Shown here in pieces: positions 27,937 through 34,965 of a DNA stretch of 34,965 nt. This DNA is from a virus. Its lineage: Duplodnaviria; Caudoviricetes. Location: positions 1-34,965 of the IMG/VR virus record IMGVR_UViG_3300032330_001456. One strand, given 5' to 3'. Position numbers and translations under genes: made by a program. Positions within the stretch are counted from its first letter, which is position 1, and every line of letters begins with the position of its first letter. The notes below the pieces were generated by a model. The model was not told the DNA's origin. It saw nothing but the letters and a program-made list of their open reading frames with translations, and searched no databases.

Positions 27937-28311
27937 TTATACATAGCTGGCCACACGATTCTGTTGATCAAAGAATATGGCCAAGCGTTGTGCGTCGCTA
28001 CTGGGCACAAAAGTCAGTCCCACTTGTAGCAAAATACCGTTTTCTTGTGCAAAAATTTCTAGACTGGTTAGTTGTATTCTGGGATCTAGTCCTACTACAC
28101 GTTGAAGCTCGGCGGTCAGCACACTGTTAAGTTCGTCAGACTGATTTTCAAACAAGTTGTCCCAAATACTGGTGCCCACCGCAGGTCGGCCAGGTACTTG
28201 ACCTTGACGAATGTTTAGAGAATTCAACAGGTCTCGTTTGATTAATTCTTGATCAACCAAGGTAAATTTTTTGGGTTGATTTTGTGTATTAAATCCGATA
28301 AAGGTAGCCAT
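27937..28311 (-). CDS. gp25: Baseplate wedge protein gp25 (GPW/gp25 family)
   Basis: 124 aa. LIKRDLLNSLNIRQGQVPGRPAVGTSIWDNLFE...DPRI. Lies between the spike and gp6-like genes. Confidence 0.88.
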   Translation of the reverse strand: MATFIGFNTQNQPKKFTLVDQELIKRDLLNSLNIRQGQVPGRPAVGTSIWDNLFENQSDELNSVLTAELQRVVGLDPRIQLTSLEIFAQENGILLQVGLTFVPSSDAQRLAIFFDQQNRVASYV

Positions 28312-28318
28312 AGTTTAG

Positions 28319-28324
28319 TATTTA
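28319..28324 (-). promoter_or_regulatory. Late-promoter-like TAAATA overlapping the spike gene stop codon
   Basis: CGTAAATActaaactATG: the motif ends 7 nt before the gp25 start. No SD. Confidence 0.5.
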
Positions 28325-30805
28325 CGACGTTTGTCCACGGTAAGGATTGAGCCTGAATGTGCCTTCACCAGTTGCTGTGGTGGTAGCCACATTGCCAGCA
28401 ATTTCTGCTGCACTAGCGTCTGAAAAATTAATACTGGGAACCTTGGGATTGCTTACAATAGCTGCAACCAATTGATCCAACTGTGTGCGTTGAGCTGTGT
28501 TGACAAAACCACCAGGATCTGCTGCTGGAAACAGTTGTGTGGCATAGGTTTTGTAGTAATCTGCTGCATAAACGCCCTGTCGGCTGGCAGTTTCAACCTG
28601 TGCTGCCACTGTGGAATTGGCGGTGCCGTTAATCCAGGCTGCAACATTGGTCACGCCCAAGTTGGCTGCAGGTTGTACTAGTCCTGCCACAGTGGTGGCA
28701 TCTTCTGTGCCTGTTAACACCTGGGTATTGACTAAACCTTGATAGGCACCTTCCATCAAGGCCACTTGTGATTGATTTTGTAATTCGGCACTGTTTAAGT
28801 AATCTAACAAACTTCCTACTCCATACTGACCTGACCATACGCTATCGGTGTTGAGTACAGTGGCAATCATTGATGGGTCTGTGATCAAATTCATTGTACC
28901 TGGCTTTAAAAATCCCAAAGATGTCAACGCCTCCACGCTTTGGCCATACAGTCCCACGCCGTATTTGGCAATTTCGGTACCGAGATACACAGGAATATTG
29001 TTGGTGTTGAGCTGCCAGTCAGGCAAAAGATTGCCTCCCGCATCAAAGGGTGAGCGTGCCACCGCAGCAGCTGCCTGTGCCGTAAGAGTGGTTACCAATT
29101 GTTGATTTAAGAGGTTACCGGGACCTATGCCGCGATTGGCTGTGGGTTCTGACAATACGTTGTTTGCTGCTACTTTGTTGGTGGCAGGAGCCACCGACGC
29201 TTTGGCCACTGCTTGTTTGGCTGGAGTATTGGCTGCAGTACTGGCAGTTGTGGTTACAGTGTTGGCAGTAGTTGTGGTCACATTGCCAGTAGTAGTTGTA
29301 GTAGTAGTTGTTGTGGTGTTGGCATTAGCTGTGTTCAAACTGGTAATGGCATTGACTCCTTGACCATGATAAGGATAGGGTTCGTGCGTGGGTGCACGAG
29401 TAACAATGGTTTCCAAACTCTGTGGCACTACTGTCCAACCTGTGGTTTCTAACTGCGTGTCTGCCAAGCGATTTAATTTGAGATTTTGCACAGCGGCCAC
29501 CGATCCTGCACCGCCGCCGTTGAGATTGATGGTACTGCCTTGTAGGTTCAATGTTCCGGAACTGTTCCAATTACCAGTATTGCTTTGTAGTCCCAGCGTG
29601 CCATCACTACGAATACCCACGGTATTTTTGCTATAGGCTGTGAGTCCAGTTGTGGCACTAAGCGACATAGATTTGGGTGTTTCAAGTCGCATGTCATCTT
29701 GACTGCGAACATTGAATGTGCCGCCGGCATAGATGTTGATGTCTTTGTCGGCATGCATGTTTATTGTACCTTGAGTGCGGATATTCACGCTGTTGGTCGA
29801 GAATATATCAACTGTGCCTTCTCGACCCAGTTCTATCCATGTCTGTCCATTGGCATTGGTAATGTAAAAACAATCGCCATTATCGCTCATGGTGATCTGA
29901 TGACCTTTGGCTGTACGTATGCGTACCAGTGTATCTGCACCTTCCAAATCACCATCATCCATAACAAAAGTATGGCCGCCTTTGCGACCTATGACCAGGG
30001 CATCCTGAGGTTTGATTTCGCCACGTTCCAGTTTGCCACGAATGGTTTTAGGGTCCATGCCACCTTGATATATGGCCTGTCCAGGTGTGCTGATTCCATA
30101 CACTGAACTGGGACTTTCGCGCTGACTGCTGCTCAAAATTGGACCACGTATGGGATCGCGATCTAATCCCTGTTGAAAGAATATAGCAGCCTGCACACTT
30201 TGTACTGGTTTGACTTCGTCAAAAAATCTTGGACTATTGTTTATCTGTTTGTTGTTTTCGTTGATTTCAATCACAGGCAACTGTGGCGTGTCAACAAAGG
30301 TCACATTTTGTGTGTTATTGGTCACTGCATACTTCTTGCTGGCACCGATGGCAGGAATCATGTGATTGAGTCCTTGCTCAGGTACACAACCAATATAGTA
30401 ACCTTGACTACGGTCGCCGCCGGCAAACACGCACAACACCTTGACTCCGATGTCTGGTGGAGTAAACCACATGCCATAGGTTTGACGATTGCCTGGAGCA
30501 TAACCACCTGGCCCTGTTGTGGCACCTGGAGCCTGTGTGTTCACTGGTGTGGCGCCATAGAATGGTGGACAATAGTTGACCGAAGTCCACAGCGTGGGAT
30601 CATTTAATTTAGGCGTGCCGCTGGCTGCGCCTTTTTGTGTGGTATCGTTGAATTCCTCAATGTAGACCTGCAGGCGACCTGCACGAGTAGCATCTGAATT
30701 GTTGCATACTATACCAATGAATGGTCCAAACTGTGCTGGTACGCCGCCGCGATCATACTTGTATTCTTTGCTGAGTCCGCGACTGCGTTGAATATTCTCT
30801 GCCAT
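28322..30805 (-). CDS. gp5: Baseplate central spike, gp5/VgrG-like, with C-terminal extension
   Basis: 827 aa. OB-fold motifs (NNSDATRAGRLQVYI; GMWFTPPDIGVKVLCVFAGGD), GHTFVMDD/RTAKGHQITMSD, beta-helix repeats, PTHEPYPYH, Thr-rich linker, extra C-terminal domain. Confidence 0.85.
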   Translation of the reverse strand: MAENIQRSRGLSKEYKYDRGGVPAQFGPFIGIVCNNSDATRAGRLQVYIEEFNDTTQKGAASGTPKLNDPTLWTSVNYCPPFYGATPVNTQAPGATTGPGGYAPGNRQTYGMWFTPPDIGVKVLCVFAGGDRSQGYYIGCVPEQGLNHMIPAIGASKKYAVTNNTQNVTFVDTPQLPVIEINENNKQINNSPRFFDEVKPVQSVQAAIFFQQGLDRDPIRGPILSSSQRESPSSVYGISTPGQAIYQGGMDPKTIRGKLERGEIKPQDALVIGRKGGHTFVMDDGDLEGADTLVRIRTAKGHQITMSDNGDCFYITNANGQTWIELGREGTVDIFSTNSVNIRTQGTINMHADKDINIYAGGTFNVRSQDDMRLETPKSMSLSATTGLTAYSKNTVGIRSDGTLGLQSNTGNWNSSGTLNLQGSTINLNGGGAGSVAAVQNLKLNRLADTQLETTGWTVVPQSLETIVTRAPTHEPYPYHGQGVNAITSLNTANANTTTTTTTTTTGNVTTTTANTVTTTASTAANTPAKQAVAKASVAPATNKVAANNVLSEPTANRGIGPGNLLNQQLVTTLTAQAAAAVARSPFDAGGNLLPDWQLNTNNIPVYLGTEIAKYGVGLYGQSVEALTSLGFLKPGTMNLITDPSMIATVLNTDSVWSGQYGVGSLLDYLNSAELQNQSQVALMEGAYQGLVNTQVLTGTEDATTVAGLVQPAANLGVTNVAAWINGTANSTVAAQVETASRQGVYAADYYKTYATQLFPAADPGGFVNTAQRTQLDQLVAAIVSNPKVPSINFSDASAAEIAGNVATTTATGEGTFRLNPYRGQTS
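29220..29335 (-). repeat. Low-complexity poly-Thr coding tract (ACN repeats)
   Basis: Encodes ANANTTTTTTTTTTGNVTTTTANTVTTTASTAANTP with mixed ACT/ACA/ACC codons. Confidence 0.9.
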
Positions 30806-30810
30806 TTGCG

Positions 30811-33603
30811 TTATCCTATGTAATCATCTGGTGGTGCTATTTGTTGCGGCGGCGGATTACCCGCTGCCAAATCGTTGGGATCAATGTTGTTGTTATTGGG
30901 TTCAAACACTAAGTCACCATTGCTGGTAGGTGCACCAGCTTCAGGTTGTGGTCTGGTTGGTGTAGATCCCAGCAGATTTTGCGCCAAGGTCTGATTGGCC
31001 AAGGCCTGGTCCGAGTCTCCTGGATTGGCATCCGAGGGTGCGTAAGGTCGCATGGCAGCACTGGGCAGCACTGCGGCTTGATTGCCCACGCGATTAGCAC
31101 TGGCGGCACCGGTGGCTGCCACTTGGCTGTCGGTACGGTTTCCAGTGGAAGCGCCAATGTCTTTGGGGTAGAAGGTCACTGCTACACCTTTGAGTGTTTG
31201 AGTAAATTTGCCTTTGGCAAAGTCACTTGTGACATCCGTGCATTTGTAGATATAACTTTGTTTGGCCTTGCGACCTTGAGTAGATGCTACACCATTGCTA
31301 GTCACTGCCGGTACTGCTGCAGCAGCATCATTGCTGGCTACACCGCCAAGATTGCTTTTGGTTGGGTCAATTAAACCAGTGGTCAAATCATAGTCGGCTG
31401 GCAAATCAAACAACACTTCAAACAGCACTTCCTGGCTGTCAAAATTAATTGTACCGTCTGCTAAAAATGCAGAAAAGCTCCAGTTTTTTTTGGTTTGACC
31501 CACAAAGGCCTCGCCTTGTTGTAGCCATGCAGGATCACCAACAACTGTCAGTGTGGCATTTTGTTGATCTTCTGGTGAGTATAGATAATCAGCAAGGTTA
31601 GCAGCAGGTTCATTCACATTGCTGTTGGCACCTTGATTGTTTTCTGCACTGTTGGTCTTGTACACATATCTGGTGAGTTGGTTGATGTTGTTAGTACCTT
31701 GTGTGCCATCAAATGGCGATCCAGAAAGCACTCTGCGATACAGATTGTTGATTGATTGTTCGTAGTTTAAGATCGCAGTGTTCTGTCCTGTGAACCAATA
31801 GTTGTATTGTTTGTGTACACCATTGTACTTGCCTTTGGGAAACCAGTCACTGTTAGCATCGTTGATTTTATAAACACTGAGAGTGTATTTGACATTGTAG
31901 GCAAAATCATTGCGTTTAGGATCCCATTTAATAGGAGTGGCCTGTGTACCAATTTTGAACCAAGCTACATTTTTACCAGGATTGTTGGCTATGACCTGTC
32001 CGGTGGTGGCATCTTTTTTGGCCAACTGCTGTTCTTCCATGTAACTGCTATTACGCACCAATTCATCCAACACTGCTACAATTGGTCTGCCAGCCACCAT
32101 GTCAATCAACTGTTGATCGTAATTGACACTTTGTTGTTCGTTGAGTTGTAATTGTCCTTGTAACGCACCGGCACTGACCAAGGCTGTTCGAGTTTTGTCA
32201 GGGGTACCTGCTCGTCTAATCAATGCATTTTCAATAGCAGGATTTATAAATTCTATTTCATATGTGTCAGCATAGGTAAATGTGCCTTTGGCCACTAACT
32301 CTTGTTGATATTGGGTCAATGCTGCCATCAAGCCTGATTTGACTGTTTGTTTGCTGCGAGCAGCATCGGCTTTGGGTGGTGGCGCACCTGCGTTGGCAGC
32401 AAATTCATCTTGTCCCACAGCAATTGTAGTGCTGGATGACCTACTGGTTGTTTCTGGAGGTGCGGGGGTAATGTCTATTGGACCCGACAGCGCCTCTTTG
32501 AGAGTTTTTCCTTGCAAGGCAAGATTGTAAGGAATTGTTCCGCGGTCCGCAGAGAATCCAATAATTGGGTTTGAAGCTGTGGCGCTGATTTCGTATTCGA
32601 CCAATTTGTTAGCTATTCTGAATTTAAGGTCATTGATTTGAAAAGGATAGAATTTTTCCACAAAGGCTTCTGGGTCGGTAGCAGCATCACTTACACCAAC
32701 TGAGGCAGCAATCACAGGACTCACAGTTGGTGCACGACCACCACGTACCAAGTTGCCTTGATCATCATAACCATAAAATCTCACAACCAACAAATAGTTG
32801 GCTGCACCATAGGAAGCCCGATTGGGACCAATAAATCCTTTGACGGCAGCGGCTAAATTGTTAACCAAGGTGATGCCATTGTTTTCGACCACAGTCATTT
32901 TGATGTCATAGACATTGTGTGCACTGCGGGTTCCTTTGCCGGCTATTACGGATTTTAAACTGAATCGGTCTATGTAATAGTCGAGAGTAAAATAAGGATT
33001 GCGACCACGCACAGGTGCGCCACCACTTTGAAACAGCAACGAAGCACCTTCAAGGCTTTTCTTTTTGGTGGTTATCATTTTGATGTAACCTTCAGGTTTC
33101 ATCAAGTACACACTGGCCACATAGGTGTAACTGGCATACTGATCCAACACATTGGCCTGGGGTACAATTGGTGCTACATTAAAAATCGTGTCAATTTCTC
33201 GCACAGTGGCATTTTTTGTGCCAGCATCATCATTGCCAGCACCAGCACCAGGAGAACCTCCGCCGGGTATGGCCTTACCAGTGGCGCCTGCTGCTACCTC
33301 GCCTGCAGGTGTGGATTCACCGGTCCAAAATTCCTGAGCTTGTTGAGCTGTGGCATATCCCGATGTTGCTTGTGTTTGTGATATTGTGCGTGTGGGCGCA
33401 TCGGTGCCAAAATCTACATCGAATGCAGCTACCGCAGGATCTGCGTTGGTACTGCTAGTAGTAGGTGCAGTTTGTACTCTACCTTCGGGGGTCAGTATCT
33501 GCGGCGGGGTAACTGGCAGCTGGGTGTTGGCGCCAGGCACTCGGGCTGCAGCATCGTCGCTTGCCACTTGACCTGCACTGGCTGTGCTTTCTGGATCCGC
33601 CAT
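30811..33603 (-). CDS. Baseplate hub-like protein (gp27/gpD-like) with disordered termini
   Basis: 930 aa, directly upstream of the spike. ATLTVVGDPAWL and YKCTDVTSDFAKGKFTQTLKG are hub-type motifs. Ends are Ala/Pro/Thr-rich. Confidence 0.7.
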   Translation of the reverse strand: MADPESTASAGQVASDDAAARVPGANTQLPVTPPQILTPEGRVQTAPTTSSTNADPAVAAFDVDFGTDAPTRTISQTQATSGYATAQQAQEFWTGESTPAGEVAAGATGKAIPGGGSPGAGAGNDDAGTKNATVREIDTIFNVAPIVPQANVLDQYASYTYVASVYLMKPEGYIKMITTKKKSLEGASLLFQSGGAPVRGRNPYFTLDYYIDRFSLKSVIAGKGTRSAHNVYDIKMTVVENNGITLVNNLAAAVKGFIGPNRASYGAANYLLVVRFYGYDDQGNLVRGGRAPTVSPVIAASVGVSDAATDPEAFVEKFYPFQINDLKFRIANKLVEYEISATASNPIIGFSADRGTIPYNLALQGKTLKEALSGPIDITPAPPETTSRSSSTTIAVGQDEFAANAGAPPPKADAARSKQTVKSGLMAALTQYQQELVAKGTFTYADTYEIEFINPAIENALIRRAGTPDKTRTALVSAGALQGQLQLNEQQSVNYDQQLIDMVAGRPIVAVLDELVRNSSYMEEQQLAKKDATTGQVIANNPGKNVAWFKIGTQATPIKWDPKRNDFAYNVKYTLSVYKINDANSDWFPKGKYNGVHKQYNYWFTGQNTAILNYEQSINNLYRRVLSGSPFDGTQGTNNINQLTRYVYKTNSAENNQGANSNVNEPAANLADYLYSPEDQQNATLTVVGDPAWLQQGEAFVGQTKKNWSFSAFLADGTINFDSQEVLFEVLFDLPADYDLTTGLIDPTKSNLGGVASNDAAAAVPAVTSNGVASTQGRKAKQSYIYKCTDVTSDFAKGKFTQTLKGVAVTFYPKDIGASTGNRTDSQVAATGAASANRVGNQAAVLPSAAMRPYAPSDANPGDSDQALANQTLAQNLLGSTPTRPQPEAGAPTSNGDLVFEPNNNNIDPNDLAAGNPPPQQIAPPDDYIG

Positions 33604-33606
33604 GAT

Positions 33607-33909
33607 TTAGATACCTAAAACGTTTTGCAGTGTGGTTATTTTTGGCAGATAGATCACTGTGTTGGCTTTAAAATCAAACGGTGGAGCAGTCAAGGTATTA
33701 GGATTGCGTTGATAAAACACCCACCACAGTTCTGAATTGTCATACAAGTCATAGGCCAACAGGTCTGGTCTATACTGATAAGTGGTGTTGATTTTCAACT
33801 GTAAATCATCTGGCAGTTTGGGGATGGGTCTATTGACCATGGTGTCCAAATAAAACTGCACAAAGCCTGTGTTGAAGTAGGCGCTTGCTGCTGAGTAGGC
33901 TGCAGCCAT
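33607..33909 (-). CDS. gp53: Baseplate wedge protein, gp53-like (LysM-like)
   Basis: 100 aa. YQYRPDLLAYDLYDNSELWWVFYQRN...FDFKANTVIYLP. Confidence 0.88.
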   Translation of the reverse strand: MAAAYSAASAYFNTGFVQFYLDTMVNRPIPKLPDDLQLKINTTYQYRPDLLAYDLYDNSELWWVFYQRNPNTLTAPPFDFKANTVIYLPKITTLQNVLGI

Positions 33910-34965
33910 TACCAGAACCCTCCCTTGATCAAGTTGCCATTGGCAAAGTTTTCCAAACTAAACTGTTGGCTGACCTGCTTGCGACTCTGTACTGGTAACA
34001 GTGTAATATCTATTTCCATTTTAGTAGGCACATAGGTGGACTTGCCGTCGATGCCAAAAGACGATCCCTCTGTAGGTATGCGTATGGGCAATGCGCCTTT
34101 GCTCATGCCTGCGTTGAACAATCTTTGTAGTGCACCCGAAAGAGGATTGGTTGGCAAACTCTGTCTAATTGCTTTGTTTAATAGGTTGGTACCATTAGCC
34201 ATGTTGCTGCCTGCTCGTATATAGTTAACATCTGCCGGCAGGTTGTAACTAAAATTGCTGACCACACAGGGAGCTTCGTTGAATTGGAACTGGCCAAAAC
34301 CTGACAAATAAACTAAGGGTGGTGGTGCACCACGCAATGCATCCTGACCATAAAACATCTTGGTCACACTGCGGAAAAAATGTATCACGGCCAGCAAGTA
34401 GTCAGCTTCATTTGTGTCCTGTGCAGTAAATGTACCTTTGATACCAATCTGTTCCACTGCACTGTTTTGGTAAAAGTAACCGCGGTAGTTGCTGTGTGTT
34501 AGATCGTATGGTGTATAATTGGCCTTGTATGAAGTATTAATGGTTGGTGTGTAGGGAAAAATTACACCATCAGTGACTTTGAGTGGTTGTAATATTCCTG
34601 GACCAGGTGCATTGTACAAGTAATTGCTGCGTGGTGCCAAACGTAGGCGCACACGCCAGTCACCAGCCGAACCTCGATTCATACGCTGATCGCGTATGGT
34701 TTGATTGTTGCGCAGTGTCTGGCCCAATCCTTGCTGTATGGCAGCAGTGTCGGCAGCGGCTGTGTTTAAAGATGACAAAGAAGGTTGCCCCACACCAGCA
34801 TTGGCTGCAAACTCTGCGGGATCAACACCTTCCTGTTGTGGTTGTACCAGAGGTGGATTACCTGCACCTAACTCATTGGGGTCAATTCCTGCTTCTTGAT
34901 CTTGAACCAGAGGTGGATTACCTGCACCTAACTCATTGGGGTCAATTCCGGATTGCTGATCCTCG
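33909..34965 (-). CDS. Tail tube initiator/baseplate tube cap-like protein (gp48/gp54-like); partial, start lies outside the window
   Basis: The frame stays open upstream of the track start (34793) to the window edge. Contains FPYTPTIN, HFFRSVTKMFYG, GAPPPLVYLSGFG, PCVVSNFSYNLPADVNY and VPTKMEIDITLLP. TAATG-coupled to the gp53-like gene. Confidence 0.75.
   Translation of the reverse strand, partial: EDQQSGIDPNELGAGNPPLVQDQEAGIDPNELGAGNPPLVQPQQEGVDPAEFAANAGVGQPSLSSLNTAAADTAAIQQGLGQTLRNNQTIRDQRMNRGSAGDWRVRLRLAPRSNYLYNAPGPGILQPLKVTDGVIFPYTPTINTSYKANYTPYDLTHSNYRGYFYQNSAVEQIGIKGTFTAQDTNEADYLLAVIHFFRSVTKMFYGQDALRGAPPPLVYLSGFGQFQFNEAPCVVSNFSYNLPADVNYIRAGSNMANGTNLLNKAIRQSLPTNPLSGALQRLFNAGMSKGALPIRIPTEGSSFGIDGKSTYVPTKMEIDITLLPVQSRKQVSQQFSLENFANGNLIKGGFW
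34846..34949. repeat. In-frame tandem repeat, 60-bp period with a 44-bp identical core
   Basis: accagaggtggattacctgcacctaactcattggggtcaattcc at 34846-34889 and 34906-34949, encoding GIDPNELGAGNPPLV. A degenerate third unit (GVDPAEFAANAG) follows. Confidence 0.95.

Noticed and set aside
877-33911. Stop-codon reassignment (no TAG among 19 visible stops: 13 TAA, 6 TGA)
   Set aside because: Genes are full length under the standard code, no fragments need read-through, and TAG is commonly rare.
54-34899. Numerous plus-strand ORFs and alternative-frame minus-strand ORFs in the track
   Set aside because: All lie within long, motif-supported minus-strand genes and lack recognisable motifs, so they are shadow ORFs.
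34846-34949. Possible CRISPR mini-array
   Set aside because: Only two repeats with a 16-nt spacer, a period that is a multiple of 3, inside an open reading frame, and no cas genes. It is a coding repeat.
24439-34965. Bacterial T6SS or eCIS locus instead of a phage
   Set aside because: No T6SS membrane-complex, ClpV or eCIS ATPase genes. The oversized gp6-like and giant wedge proteins, fibre genes and late-promoter-like motifs fit a large myophage.
1-34965. tRNA or other structured RNA genes
   Set aside because: The largest intergenic gap is 71 nt and is occupied by the terminator and promoter. No cloverleaf was seen.

Overview
Part of a large tailed (myovirus-type, jumbo/huge) bacteriophage genome. 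All 20 credible CDSs lie on the minus strand and are tightly packed; the plus-strand ORFs look like shadows. In transcription order (right to left) there are two modules. (1) A contractile-tail baseplate/fibre module (about 6100-34965): tail-tube initiator/cap-like protein (partial), gp53-like LysM wedge, hub-like protein, gp5/VgrG-like spike, gp25, gp6-like wedge, a 4673-aa multidomain wedge/receptor-binding protein, a 50-aa ORF absent from the ORF track, a 206-aa structural protein, a fibre with a C-terminal autocleaving chaperone, and two tandem 333-aa paralogues. A TAAATA late-promoter-like motif recurs in the intergenic gaps. (2) After a hairpin terminator that overlaps a sigma70-like promoter, an eight-gene overlapping operon (1-6028): 2OG-Fe(II) oxygenase, small protein, two GT8-like paralogues, small protein, GT-A-like protein, twitch-domain radical SAM enzyme, and a partial TEK-motif glycosyltransferase-like gene. 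The best candidate for an undescribed system is this glycan synthesis/modification operon next to Ser/Thr-rich tail genes. A second candidate is a pair of short peptide motifs shared between two baseplate proteins. All family calls come from motif recognition by eye, not database searches.
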